The notes beneath the pieces were generated by a model. That model was given only the letters and a program-made list of their open reading frames with translations, was not told the origin of the DNA and did no database searches. 42,883 bases of DNA from an uncultured Clostridia bacterium (GTDB lineage Bacteria > Bacillota > Clostridia > TANB77 > SIG350), in contig CALYAQ010000134.1 in the NCBI GenBank assembly GCA_944393615.1, positions 1-42,883 of the forward strand, in the 5' to 3' direction. Positions 1 to 9,972 of the stretch are shown here, piece by piece (position 1 is the stretch's first letter; each line of letters begins with the position of its first letter). Both the position numbers and the translations under genes were made by a program.

Positions 1-714
1 GTTATATACATCTAAATTATTCAAATCACTAAATATACTTTGTTGCCCTATTTGTAATACACCTGTCAATATTCCTACTTGCAAATATTGGTTATCTTTC
101 AATGCACTACTCAAAAATGTACTTATAAAGGTTTTTGAATTTTCTAAAAAGCCTTTCGTATATGCTGTATTTAATGGTATATCGTATTCGTCTATTAATA
201 TTATTACCTTTTGGTTATAGTATCTATATAAGTATTCAGTCATCTTTTTTAATGAATTTTGATATTCAACTTCGCTTGCTTTCCCCTTTAATATATTGTA
301 ATATTTTTCTTTTTGATAATCTTCCAATACTTCTATAACACATTTGTGTTTTTCATACACATTTATCATTATATTTTTAAAATTTTCATACATGTTTTCC
401 CAATTATCTTGTTTAGTTTCCTTTAAGGATAAATATATTACTGGATATGCATTTTGATACTCTTTGTATTCTTCTACACTATCTATATATAGCCCTTTAA
501 ACAAATTTTTGTTTTCTTCTTTTTTCGTTATATCAAAATATTCTGACAGCATTTCCATATTAGTTGTTTTTCCAAATCTTCTTGGACGTAAATATAGTTT
601 TGTTCCTCCAAAACTCTTTATTATTTCTTCTATAAATTTTGTTTTATCAACATATAGGTAGTCTCCTTCTACTATCTTTTTAAAATTACTTTCACCAATA
701 AGTATTTGCCTCAA
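1..714 (-). CDS. Predicted AAA-ATPase family protein (PF09820-like; family usually has a C-terminal PD-(D/E)XK nuclease domain). 5' part only; the gene runs past the window start.
   Basis: Absent from the ORF track (no stop in window). Hand translation of the minus strand from TTG at 714-712 is open to base 1: LRQILIGESNFKKIVEGDYLYVDKTKFIEEII..LYLRPRRFGKTTNMEMLSEYF..VIILIDEYDIPLN..LTGVLQIGQQSIFSDLNNL. RBS GGAGAGGAAG at 725-734. Confidence 0.75.
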   Translation of the reverse strand, partial: MRQILIGESNFKKIVEGDYLYVDKTKFIEEIIKSFGGTKLYLRPRRFGKTTNMEMLSEYFDITKKEENKNLFKGLYIDSVEEYKEYQNAYPVIYLSLKETKQDNWENMYENFKNIMINVYEKHKCVIEVLEDYQKEKYYNILKGKASEVEYQNSLKKMTEYLYRYYNQKVIILIDEYDIPLNTAYTKGFLENSKTFISTFLSSALKDNQYLQVGILTGVLQIGQQSIFSDLNNLDVYN

Positions 715-1068
715 TTTTTCTACACTTCCTCTCCTTAAACCATTATCTTAATCTATAGCTTATTATATATTATATTTAAGTTTTTATCAAGCATATTTGT
801 GTTTTTTCTTTCTTTTTGCTTTTTAGGCAAGCTATAATATCTTTCGTAATTTTCCATTCTTCACACTTTTATGAATTACAATTTTTAGTGTTTTCTTATT
901 ATGTTTTTATAATTTGCCTATTTTGATATATTTATATATATTCTTTCTCCCCTTACATTTTTTAAGCACAAAAAAGCCAAAGTAATTTTGGTTACTCTAG
1001 CTTATCTTCATTTCTATTTTTTACACTACTAATATATTAATCAATTTTAAAAATCATTTTTGCTTTTA

Positions 1069-2454
1069 TTAATTATAGAAAGCTCTATACCCTTTATATG
1101 CCATATATACATCATGTTTACTTGTCACTTCATAAGGTGCATGCATTGATAATACAGGAACTCCACAATCTATTACATCCGCTCCTTTATTAGCTATAAT
1201 ATATGCAATAGTTCCGCCACCGCCTTCATCTACTTTTCCTAGTTCTCCTGATTGATATGCAACTTCATTTTTATCAAATATATTTCTTACATACGCAACA
1301 TATTCAGCCGTAGCCTCACTTGAACCTGATTTTCCTCTAGCACCAGTATATTTTAGCAAGCACATACCATTACCCAAAAATGAACTATTCTTTGGATCCG
1401 ATACAGAAGGATATGTTGGATCAAACGCTGCATCAACATCTGCTGACAACATTTTAGTATTTAGATATATTTTATTTAATATATTAGGTACATATTGATT
1501 TAATTTAACAGCAAGCTCCACCAACATATAGTCCAATACGTTTGATTCCATACCAGTATTACCCATACTACCTATTTCTTCCTTATCCATTAACATACAT
1601 ACACAAGTTTTATTCGGTACACCTTCAATGTCTATCATTGCTTTAGCCGATGTAAAGGCACATACCCTATCATCTTGACCATAACCTGCTATCATACTTC
1701 TATCAAAGCCTAATTCTCTTGCCTCAAAATGAGGTACTAATTCTAATTCAGAACTCAAAAAGTCATGTTCAGTTATTCCATATTTTTCATTTAGTATTTT
1801 TAATATATTGTATTTTACTTTTTCCTTATCAGTATCATCAGAAGGATAATTACCAATAAGCAAGTTTAAGTCTTCTCCTTCTATACCTTCAGATAATTTT
1901 TTCTCCATTTGTTTTCTTGCTAAATGTGGCAATAGGTCTGTAATAGTAAAAATAGGGTCAGAAGGGTCATTTCCTACACTAACGTGCACTTTTTCTCCAT
2001 TCGATTTAATTATTACACCTCTAATTTCTAACGGAATTGTTACCCATTGATATTTCTTAATACCACCATAATAGTGAGTTTTTAGTAATGCAAAACCATT
2101 ATCTTCATATAGAGGGTTTGGCTTTAAATCTAATCTCGGAGAATCAATATGTGAACCAATTAAGTTTATTCCATTTACTAATGGTTCATTTCCTATTACA
2201 GCCATTAATATGTTTTTATTTCGATTAATATAGTAAACCTTATCTCCTGGTTTTAAATTTTGCATTTCGCATATACATTTATACCCTGAATTTTCTATAA
2301 CATTCTCCCAGTATTGTACACATTCTCTTTCAGTTTTACAATTATTCAAAAAATCAATATATTCATGTGCAACTTGTTCAAGCTTATTGATTTGTTCCTG
2401 ATTTAGTTTTAACCATCCATTTTCTTTTTTTAATGTTAATTTTTCTTTATTCAT
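1069..2454 (-). CDS. apeA: M18-family aminopeptidase (aminopeptidase 1 type)
   Basis: GSHIDSPRLDLKPNP and DKEEIGS metallopeptidase M18 motifs. Start moved to ATG 2454 (MNKEK...) because AAGGAG at 2462-2467 sits 7 nt upstream. Confidence 0.85.
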   Translation of the reverse strand: MNKEKLTLKKENGWLKLNQEQINKLEQVAHEYIDFLNNCKTERECVQYWENVIENSGYKCICEMQNLKPGDKVYYINRNKNILMAVIGNEPLVNGINLIGSHIDSPRLDLKPNPLYEDNGFALLKTHYYGGIKKYQWVTIPLEIRGVIIKSNGEKVHVSVGNDPSDPIFTITDLLPHLARKQMEKKLSEGIEGEDLNLLIGNYPSDDTDKEKVKYNILKILNEKYGITEHDFLSSELELVPHFEARELGFDRSMIAGYGQDDRVCAFTSAKAMIDIEGVPNKTCVCMLMDKEEIGSMGNTGMESNVLDYMLVELAVKLNQYVPNILNKIYLNTKMLSADVDAAFDPTYPSVSDPKNSSFLGNGMCLLKYTGARGKSGSSEATAEYVAYVRNIFDKNEVAYQSGELGKVDEGGGGTIAYIIANKGADVIDCGVPVLSMHAPYEVTSKHDVYMAYKGYRAFYN

Positions 2455-2570
2455 ATAAACACTCCTTTTCAATATATATTATATGCAAATTTATCTTTTA
2501 AAAACCTAAATTATATATTAAATTATATATTATATTTATCATTTTTACAATCTATATTTTTATTTTTGAG

Positions 2571-2606
2571 AAAAAAAGAAATGGATATTAATTGTATATC
2601 CATTTC
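2571..2606 (-). terminator. Rho-independent terminator after the SLH protein gene
   Basis: On the minus strand: GAAATGGATAT-acaatta-ATATCCATTTC (11-bp stem) followed by TTTTTTT, 10 nt after the stop at 2616. Confidence 0.8.
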
Positions 2607-2615
2607 CTATAGATT

Positions 2616-4511
2616 TTATACTGTAGGGATGTATTCGTTTAATATTGCTATTATATCGCTCCACACTTCATCTACTGATAAACCTGCTGATTTTAATGCA
2701 GGTAAAATTGCTGTAGCAATATCATAAACAGAATCTCCCGAACTTACATCATTATCTTGTAATACAGCTTGTAGTATATCATATAAGTCGCTTTTTGCTA
2801 TTTGATTTCCACTCATAAAATTATCATTAGCTTGTAATTGAGTAATTACTACTCCAATAGCATCTGCATATACATTATTATAGCTACTTCCTTCAATCCA
2901 AGTTTTTAGCTTACCTAGTTCAGTGATTATTAAACTTGGGTTATTAACTTCATTAATAACATCTGTAAGTGTTACAAGTACGCTATCTAAATCTATTAGT
3001 AAGTCAACCATATCTGATAGGCTTGAAGAAGAATTTATGCTTGTAGGGCTCTTATTTATTTTTAATGTATATTTTTGATTATTTACAGCTATTATACCTT
3101 TTAAATCACTAGTTTTAAGATTTATATTTTTACTTAATTCACATGTATCATTATTTATCTTTATTGTTACTGTTGGTGTTAATACTACATTTCCACCACC
3201 AGTGCCACCAGCACCGCCTGATGTTTCTTCGCTTGGTGTTGCTATTGTTTCATTTCCACCTTCTATTTTTTCGTCAAATGCAGTTGTTCCCTCTACTCCT
3301 TCTGATACAACTACTTTCGCATCTTCTATTTCTACATTAGTATTATTAGCATTTACATCTACCGTGGTAATTGTTGCGTCACCTTTTATAGTAGAATCAC
3401 TTCCATTTACTGTTACTGTTTCTATTGTAGAATTTTTATCAGTTTCTATTTGTACATTTGTAGATTCTATTGTTACATTCTCAATTTGTGCATTCTTTAT
3501 TGTTATATTTGCATCATCGTTTGTAATGATAAGACTTGTAATAGTTCCTTCAATTATAACATTATCATTTGCATTATCTACAGTTACTGTTTCTACTGTC
3601 GCTGTATCATCTGCAACAATTCTAATACCTTCATTTGCAGTTTTGGCAATTATAACTGAAGTAATTTTAGATGTTCCTGTAATTTTAACAGAATTTTCTC
3701 CACCACCACGAACTAATAATCTACTATCAATTTGTGTATTATTAATAGTCACATCACCTTGGCCAACACCATCAGCTATTATTAAATCGCCTTTGATTGT
3801 AGAATTTTCAATTACAACATCTGGTACATTTACAATAACATTGCCCTCATTTGTTAATGTATATTCATCTTTATTTTGTATATATTGTTCTACCATATTA
3901 GTTATAATTGTTGCAGCTTCTGCTCTTGTTATATTATCATTTGGATTTATTTTATTATCATATCCTTGTGCATATCCTTTTTCAACTAATGCACAAATTG
4001 CTTTAGTTGCCCAATCAGCAATTTGGTCTTTATCTGTAAATTTTTCTATTACACTTGTATTTTCTGATGATAAGTTAAATGCTCTTGCTAGCATTGTAAA
4101 AGCCTCTTGACGTGTTATATTATCATTTGGTCTTACATTTGTATCAATCATCATGGCTCCCATTTTAATAGCTTTTGCAATATCATTCGCATACCAATCA
4201 TTTGATTTAACATCTTGTACTGTTGATATATTAGCTTCTTCAATTGTATTAAATACACGATTTAGAATTGTAACTAATTCTGCCCTTGTTATATTTCCTG
4301 AAGCTTTAATATATGTTCCGTCCTCTTGTTCATATCCCTTTATTAGCTTATTATCAACTGCTTTTTGTAATGCAACGGTTGACCAATCATTAGGCATATC
4401 AACAAACGTTACAGCATTAGGATTTGGCGCTATCAATATATCATTATCAGCTAATACCGTTATTGATAAACACATTACCATTATTACTACTAAACTCAAA
4501 ACTTTTTTCAT
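2616..4511 (-). CDS. Secreted S-layer-homology (SLH) domain cell-wall protein with a repetitive beta-helix-like central region
   Basis: Signal peptide MKKVLSLVVIMVMCLSITVLA. Three SLH-like segments (DWSTVALQKAVDNKLIKGY; NDWYANDIAKAIKMGAM..ITRQEAFTMLARAF; ADWATKAICALVEKGYAQGY..ITRAEAATII). Then T/V/N/I-rich repeats. Start moved to ATG 4511 (RBS GGAGGAA 4517-4523). Confidence 0.8.
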   Translation of the reverse strand: MKKVLSLVVIMVMCLSITVLADNDILIAPNPNAVTFVDMPNDWSTVALQKAVDNKLIKGYEQEDGTYIKASGNITRAELVTILNRVFNTIEEANISTVQDVKSNDWYANDIAKAIKMGAMMIDTNVRPNDNITRQEAFTMLARAFNLSSENTSVIEKFTDKDQIADWATKAICALVEKGYAQGYDNKINPNDNITRAEAATIITNMVEQYIQNKDEYTLTNEGNVIVNVPDVVIENSTIKGDLIIADGVGQGDVTINNTQIDSRLLVRGGGENSVKITGTSKITSVIIAKTANEGIRIVADDTATVETVTVDNANDNVIIEGTITSLIITNDDANITIKNAQIENVTIESTNVQIETDKNSTIETVTVNGSDSTIKGDATITTVDVNANNTNVEIEDAKVVVSEGVEGTTAFDEKIEGGNETIATPSEETSGGAGGTGGGNVVLTPTVTIKINNDTCELSKNINLKTSDLKGIIAVNNQKYTLKINKSPTSINSSSSLSDMVDLLIDLDSVLVTLTDVINEVNNPSLIITELGKLKTWIEGSSYNNVYADAIGVVITQLQANDNFMSGNQIAKSDLYDILQAVLQDNDVSSGDSVYDIATAILPALKSAGLSVDEVWSDIIAILNEYIPTV

Positions 4512-4565
4512 TTTATTTCCTCCATTCATTTTATATTGAAATTATATTGCATTTTCTTCTATAAA

Positions 4566-5030
4566 TCAATATTTTTTATGTATTTTATATATTTTTATTG
4601 ACAACATTGTAACTCCAATTGCAAATATTGGAAAAGATATGTATATACATTGATATATCATATTCTTTATAGTAGATATAAATAGTGTACTAAACTCTTG
4701 TGTTAGCAAGTTAAAATTATTTACTAAATCAAGGTTATTTACAAACAATGCTAGTATTGTAATTATAATACTGGTTGATATTAAAGATATATATAATAGT
4801 TGCTCTTGTTTTTTTTGTATAAGTATATACATTAATATTCCCAGTAGTATTATTAAAACCAAAATTACAATTAAAATATTAGCTGTAGATACGTAATTAA
4901 ATAAATCAACATTTATACCGTTAAATAATTGTGATATATTATTCATGTTAATTACTAATACCGTTAATACTACACTTAGAGTTAAAACTATATATACAAA
5001 AAATGATAATACATATTTTAAATACTTCAT
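4566..5030 (-). CDS. Hypothetical multi-pass membrane protein
   Basis: 154-aa ORF with about 4 hydrophobic helices. RBS GGAGGAA upstream of ATG 5030, tightly packed after the upstream gene. No recognisable family. Confidence 0.55.
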   Translation of the reverse strand: MKYLKYVLSFFVYIVLTLSVVLTVLVINMNNISQLFNGINVDLFNYVSTANILIVILVLIILLGILMYILIQKKQEQLLYISLISTSIIITILALFVNNLDLVNNFNLLTQEFSTLFISTIKNMIYQCIYISFPIFAIGVTMLSIKIYKIHKKY

Positions 5031-5033
5031 ATT

Positions 5034-6284
5034 CTATTCCTCCACCAAGTTACAATATATTATTAGCCTTTGATTTGTATACATCTTATTATCAAACGGA
5101 TAACATGTATATATCATTAAAGTTTCTTTATCAGTATTAATTTTTGCTTTTTGTTTCTCTGTTTCTAAAACAACTTGTATATCATACACCATATATTCAT
5201 AATTTCCATATATAGTATGTACTTGTATTTTATCGTCAACCTTTATATCTTTTAAATTATATAGCTTGTCCTTTGTATTATGCGTAGTATATAGTATTCC
5301 TTTTCCTTCTCCTGGCAAATAGCTATATATATATTGGCCTATACCTCTTTGTAATATTTCTTCACTATCTCCATAATATATATCAAGTTTAATATCTAAA
5401 TCTTTAATTTCTAGTTCCCCATACTTTTGCCCATAAGTAATTTGTTGTTGTTTATCCTCTTTATTAATATACTGACTTAAATCATTTGTTGCAACATAAG
5501 TTAAAAAATTAACTATAGGTTTATTATCTATGTATATATATGATATTGGAATTAATATCATTAAAACAAATATTAATATTGTTAAAAAAGATATGATTAT
5601 ATTTTTTATTGTTAAATTATTTGATTTAATAGCCCATATAAATAAACCTGCTATAACTAATATGACTAGAAGTGTTAAAATCATAAATATTTGTGTTGTA
5701 TTTAGAGTGTTCCCCGTCTTTTGAAAAAACACTTCTTGTTCTTCATTTGTTATATTCGTACTATTTTGTTCTTTCACATCATTTGTTATATCTGTTTTAG
5801 GTATTGTAACCGTATTTTCCTCATTAGGTTCAACTGGATTAGGTGGTACTACTTCGTCATCTGGCTTGGTTTGGTTTTGGTTTGCATTTTGGCTTATTTG
5901 ATTTATCGCTCCGTCAATATCAACGTTTTGTCTTACTTGCGACATATCTATATTTGCTATCTTTATTACCTCTAGACATATAACCATAAGGCTAACCTTT
6001 TGTTCATCTGTCATTTTGTTTATGTCTGTTGTTCCTATTTCCCTAACAGTAGAAACCGCTTTATTTATTTGTCCTAATATTTTACTATATTGTTCATCTG
6101 TCATTGTTGTTGCATTTAAAAATTGTGTGCCTTTTGAAATTATTTCAGAAGGTAATTTAAAAGTAGTACCGCACACATCATAAGATGATGATATTGCTGC
6201 AATAACATCATTTTTTGTTGCACCTAAGCTTACGGTACTACACAATATACAAATTATAACTAAAAACTGAAAAAATCTTCTCAT
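5034..6284 (-). CDS. Sortase-domain protein with long N-terminal extracellular extension
   Basis: The C-terminal ~150 aa look sortase-like: GILYTTHNT (His), TLMIYTCYPF (TLxTC-type Cys), NQRLIIYC (Arg). The N-terminus has a signal peptide, a ~190-aa Q/N/E-rich region and 2 TM helices. Confidence 0.55.
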   Translation of the reverse strand: MRRFFQFLVIICILCSTVSLGATKNDVIAAISSSYDVCGTTFKLPSEIISKGTQFLNATTMTDEQYSKILGQINKAVSTVREIGTTDINKMTDEQKVSLMVICLEVIKIANIDMSQVRQNVDIDGAINQISQNANQNQTKPDDEVVPPNPVEPNEENTVTIPKTDITNDVKEQNSTNITNEEQEVFFQKTGNTLNTTQIFMILTLLVILVIAGLFIWAIKSNNLTIKNIIISFLTILIFVLMILIPISYIYIDNKPIVNFLTYVATNDLSQYINKEDKQQQITYGQKYGELEIKDLDIKLDIYYGDSEEILQRGIGQYIYSYLPGEGKGILYTTHNTKDKLYNLKDIKVDDKIQVHTIYGNYEYMVYDIQVVLETEKQKAKINTDKETLMIYTCYPFDNKMYTNQRLIIYCNLVEE

Positions 6285-6295
6285 TGTTTACCTCT

Positions 6296-7015
6296 TTAAA
6301 CTATTTCCAAATTATCCCTTACTCTTCTTGGATTGTCAAATATAATTTTATTGTATCTTTCTTCTCCAACTATTTTTTTTATCTTTTTTAATATATTTTC
6401 ATATTCAAAATACATTTTGCCAACGCTATGACAATCAGTAGCAACAAATGACACCAAACTATTTTTTAATAATTTTTTTGCTGTGCTTTTTGCTTTTTTA
6501 CCATGCATTTCAATTAAACTGCCTGCATTAATTTGTAGTAATACACCTGATTGCACAAGTTTTTTGGCATACTTTATATCTTTTTGAATATACTCATATC
6601 TTTCAGGATGTGCAAGTATAGGAACATATCCCATATTCCTTATTTTAAACAATATATCTTCTAAATATAGGACTTTTTCTTGTCTAGGTGTTTCTACCAA
6701 AATATATCTACTATTGTTCAATTTTGCTATATCACCATTTTGTATAAATTCGCACATCTCAGGAAATATATATATTTCATTTCCAATATATATATTAAAC
6801 TTAATATCTTCTTGTTTCAATCTAAATTTAATTGCATCTATCCTCTTAATTATATTATCCGGTGTTTGACAATATTCATTTTGTTTATAATGTGGAGTTG
6901 CTATCATTCCTTCGAACCCAATACTTTTTGCCATTTTAATTATATTTACAGATTCTTGTATATCAATTGCTCCGTCATCTAAATCAAATAACAGATGTGA
7001 ATGTATATCTAACAT
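6296..7015 (-). CDS. PHP-family protein-tyrosine phosphatase (CpsB/YwqE type)
   Basis: N-terminal MLDIHSHLLFDLDDGA, plus ATPHY and LAHPERY motifs typical of CpsB/YwqE. Follows a BY-kinase gene. Confidence 0.85.
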   Translation of the reverse strand: MLDIHSHLLFDLDDGAIDIQESVNIIKMAKSIGFEGMIATPHYKQNEYCQTPDNIIKRIDAIKFRLKQEDIKFNIYIGNEIYIFPEMCEFIQNGDIAKLNNSRYILVETPRQEKVLYLEDILFKIRNMGYVPILAHPERYEYIQKDIKYAKKLVQSGVLLQINAGSLIEMHGKKAKSTAKKLLKNSLVSFVATDCHSVGKMYFEYENILKKIKKIVGEERYNKIIFDNPRRVRDNLEIV

Positions 7016-7719
7016 TTTTTCTTCTTTTTCTCTCCGTCTTCGGCATAATAGTATGAATATCTTCCATAATATCCGTATGTATCTTTTTTCATATCAACTT
7101 GATTTAGAATAACTCCACCAATTTTTCCACCTACAGTTTCTATAGCTTTTTGTGCATGTTTTAAATCGTCTCTTTTAGTTTTTTTGTATGCAGATACTAT
7201 TATTGTAGTATCGACGAAAGTTGTTAATATTAATGAATCTGTAATTCCTAACGCAGGTGGTGCATCTAATATTACTATATCATAATCTTCTCTTACTGTT
7301 TCTATCAAATTTTTCATACGGTCAGTAGAAAGCAATTCCGAAGGGTTTGGCGGTACATCTCCTCTTGTTATTATATATAGGTTCTTAATTTGAGTTGCAT
7401 TTACAATTCTATTTAAATCTAGTTTAGGGTTCGCTAAATAATTTGAAAGACCCATATCATTCTTTATATCAAGGTTATTATGTTGTACACCTCTTCTTAA
7501 ATCTGTATCTATTAATAAAACCTTTTTATCTTGTTGTGCAAATGCAATTGCTAAATTTGTTGATATAAAGCTTTTTCCCTCACCCATCATTGAACTAGTT
7601 ATTAATATTATTCTTGTTTTTCCCATAGATGTAAATTCTATATTCGTTCTTAAAGTTTTAAAAGATTCTGCTGTATGTGATTTGGGTTCATTGTTTACAA
7701 TTAAGTTACTATTTACCAT
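7009..7719 (-). CDS. Bacterial tyrosine kinase, cytoplasmic ATPase subunit (CpsD/EpsB/YwqD type)
   Basis: Walker A SSMMGEGKS, Walker A' LLIDTDLRR, Walker B IVILDAPP, C-terminal Tyr cluster YGYYGRYSYYY. Start moved to ATG 7719 (RBS GGAGGTG). Confidence 0.85.
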   Translation of the reverse strand: MVNSNLIVNNEPKSHTAESFKTLRTNIEFTSMGKTRIILITSSMMGEGKSFISTNLAIAFAQQDKKVLLIDTDLRRGVQHNNLDIKNDMGLSNYLANPKLDLNRIVNATQIKNLYIITRGDVPPNPSELLSTDRMKNLIETVREDYDIVILDAPPALGITDSLILTTFVDTTIIVSAYKKTKRDDLKHAQKAIETVGGKIGGVILNQVDMKKDTYGYYGRYSYYYAEDGEKKKKKC

Positions 7720-8431
7720 TAGAAGCACCTCCTTTTTTCTCATAATGTTTTGGTATTATAGCTAATACTGGCAACTTTGTTGCTTTTTCTATGTCTTCTG
7801 ACCTTTTTATTGTTACATCAAAATAGTAAATTAAGAATACAATTATAACTGCTAGTACGAAAAACGCCATTGTGAACACTACAGTATCCTTAACTAAATT
7901 TATATTTATAGGGGTATTATCAATTTGTGCAACATCAACTATAGATATGTTTTGTATATTATATATTTTAACTATTTCTTCTTTGAAAACACTAGCAAAT
8001 TCATCAGCTATTTTTGCAGATAATTCAGGTTGTAGTGTTGTTACAGTTACTTTCATTACATCAGTATTTTTAACTGATGCTACTGAAATATTTTTCAACA
8101 TTTGGTTATATGTCATATCTAATCCCAAATTATTAATTACCATATTTACAATTTTCCTACTTGTTATAATTTCTTCATATGTGGTTATTAATTTTTGGTT
8201 CAACGCTATATCTGTTTGGTTTATTGATTCGTTTACAACTTGTCCATCTACTATTGTTACTGGTTTAGATAACACAAGCGTTGTTGAAGAGCTATATTTA
8301 GGCACAACAATATACATGCTGTAAATCACTCCTATAATTGCACCCACCACTACGGCTATAGCTATTATCCACTTGCGTGACCAAAAAATATTAAATATGT
8401 CTTTTAAATCTAACTCTTCTTGCTCGTTCAT
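7709..8431 (-). CDS. Wzz/CpsC/EpsA-type chain-length determinant, transmembrane activator of the BY-kinase
   Basis: N-terminal DLKDIFNIFWSRKWIIAIAVV TM helix, periplasm-like middle region, second TM helix, C-terminus overlapping the kinase gene. Confidence 0.8.
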   Translation of the reverse strand: MNEQEELDLKDIFNIFWSRKWIIAIAVVVGAIIGVIYSMYIVVPKYSSSTTLVLSKPVTIVDGQVVNESINQTDIALNQKLITTYEEIITSRKIVNMVINNLGLDMTYNQMLKNISVASVKNTDVMKVTVTTLQPELSAKIADEFASVFKEEIVKIYNIQNISIVDVAQIDNTPININLVKDTVVFTMAFFVLAVIIVFLIYYFDVTIKRSEDIEKATKLPVLAIIPKHYEKKGGASNGK

Positions 8432-8467
8432 TTTATTTCCTCATTTCTTATTATTTTAACGGTATAT

Positions 8468-8496
8468 ATTATATACTACATAAAGACTTTTTTCAA
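8468..8496 (-). promoter_or_regulatory. Putative sigma-A promoter for the wzz-kinase-phosphatase operon
   Basis: Minus strand TTGAAA (8496-8491), 17 nt, TATAAT (8473-8468), about 35 nt upstream of the start at 8431. Confidence 0.5.
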
Positions 8497-8560
8497 GGTA
8501 AAAAGAAAAAAAGTATGTTATCTCAACTATTTTATAGTTATAGCAATATTGCGATTTATG

Positions 8561-8599
8561 TAAAATTAGAAAAACCTTTTTCGGTTATACGAAAAAGGT
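8561..8599 (-). terminator. Rho-independent terminator after galE
   Basis: Arms 8574-8583 and 8590-8599 (ACCTTTTTCG / CGAAAAAGGT), 6-nt loop, then TTTTCTAATTTT on the minus strand. Confidence 0.55.
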
Positions 8600-8620
8600 A
8601 AAAAACATTATTTCAATGTT

Positions 8621-9619
8621 CTATTTACTTTTTAGAATAAAATTCCATGAATCTTTACACATTTGTTCTAAATCTCTTTTAGCCTCCCAATTTAATTCTT
8701 CTTTTGCTTTATTTGCATTTGCATAACATTCGCCAATATCTCCTGGTCGTCTCTGTACAAATTTATATTTTATTTTTATATTATTTACTTTTTCAAATGT
8801 ATTTATAACGTCTAAAACTGAATAACCTTTTCCTGTTCCCAAATTATATATGTGTACTCCTATATCATTTCTGACTTTATCCATTGCTTTTATATGTCCT
8901 ATTGCTAAATCTACAACATGTATATAGTCTCTTACACCTGTTCCATCTTTTGTTTTATAGTCATTTCCAAACACATTTAAGCAATCATATTGTCCATTTG
9001 CTACTCTAACTATATATGGCAATAGATTATTGGGCTTTCCGTTTGGTATTTCTCCTATCAAACCACTTTCATGTGCTCCTATTGGATTAAAATATCTTAA
9101 TATACAAATACTAAATTCATTATCTGAAATATATAAATCATTTAATATTTGTTCTATCATTAATTTTGTAGTTGCATACGGATTAGTAGTGTGTAAATCA
9201 AAATTTTCTGTAATAGGTACTGCTTTAGGTAATCCATATACACTTGCAGATGATGAAAATATAATCTTTTTACAATTATGTTTTTTCATAGTTTTTAATA
9301 AATTCAATGTACCTGTAATGTTATTGTTATAGTATTCTAAAGGTATACCTATTGATTCCGTCAAAGATTTCAATCCTGCAAAATGTATTACTAATTCAAT
9401 ACTATTTTGAGTAAATATATCTTCTAAAGAATTGATATCTAACAAATCAACTTTATAGAACTTTGGTAAAACTCCTGTAATTTGTTTTATTTTGTCTAAA
9501 ACTTCTATTGTACTATTAGATAAATTATCTAATATAACTACATCTTCTCCTTTATTTATTAACTCTACTACAGTATGGCTACCTATATAGCCAGTCCCAC
9601 CTGTTACTAATACACTCAT
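8621..9619 (-). CDS. galE: UDP-glucose 4-epimerase
   Basis: VLVTGGTGYIGSH Rossmann motif, SSSASVYG, YATTK (YxxxK), length 332 aa. Confidence 0.85.
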   Translation of the reverse strand: MSVLVTGGTGYIGSHTVVELINKGEDVVILDNLSNSTIEVLDKIKQITGVLPKFYKVDLLDINSLEDIFTQNSIELVIHFAGLKSLTESIGIPLEYYNNNITGTLNLLKTMKKHNCKKIIFSSSASVYGLPKAVPITENFDLHTTNPYATTKLMIEQILNDLYISDNEFSICILRYFNPIGAHESGLIGEIPNGKPNNLLPYIVRVANGQYDCLNVFGNDYKTKDGTGVRDYIHVVDLAIGHIKAMDKVRNDIGVHIYNLGTGKGYSVLDVINTFEKVNNIKIKYKFVQRRPGDIGECYANANKAKEELNWEAKRDLEQMCKDSWNFILKSK

Positions 9620-9687
9620 GTTTTCCCCCTTATTTATATTTAAATTTGTAAAGTAATTTTTATTTAACTTTAAGGTTTAATACCTTT

Positions 9688-9972
9688 CTAAATAAAAATA
9701 TCTTCCGTGTTTTTATAATTGTTTCCTATCGTAGTTTCTCCAATAGATTTATAATTAACTATTTTAATTATAGATATAAAATCTTCATCTTTATTAATAA
9801 TTTTATTTAATTCATTTTCAAGTTCTATTATATTAGCAGGCGTTATCGCTCCTCTAAATACGGATTTTTGCCAATGATTTAAATATTTCTTGCATTTTTT
9901 AAAAACTTTATTAACTCTTTCTTGTTTTACATCATAAAATAAGAAAACATAGTTATAGTTCATATTTTTCAT
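9688..9972 (-). CDS. cas2: CRISPR-associated endoribonuclease Cas2
   Basis: 94 aa, VFLFYDV..RVNKVFKKCKKYL..QKSVF pattern. Overlaps the cas1 stop (ATGA). Confidence 0.85.
   Translation of the reverse strand: MKNMNYNYVFLFYDVKQERVNKVFKKCKKYLNHWQKSVFRGAITPANIIELENELNKIINKDEDFISIIKIVNYKSIGETTIGNNYKNTEDIFI

Noticed and set aside
761-780. 16-nt match TTATATATTATATTTA between 763-778 and 2523-2538
   Set aside because: It is a pure TA low-complexity sequence in intergenic DNA, expected by chance in this composition.
3143-4539. Plus-strand ORFs (65-302 aa) inside the SLH protein gene
   Set aside because: They are antisense to a well-supported gene, give low-complexity S/T/V/I-rich translations, and have no RBS. 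This is a typical shadow of a repetitive coding region. The same reasoning applies to antisense ORFs at 135-661, 5530-5975, 6680-6982, 7872-8324, 9030-9332, 13011-13208, 14228-14479, 17265-17884, 28575-28775, 32517-33116, 33799-34212, 36033-36311, 37649-37873 and 40560-41303.
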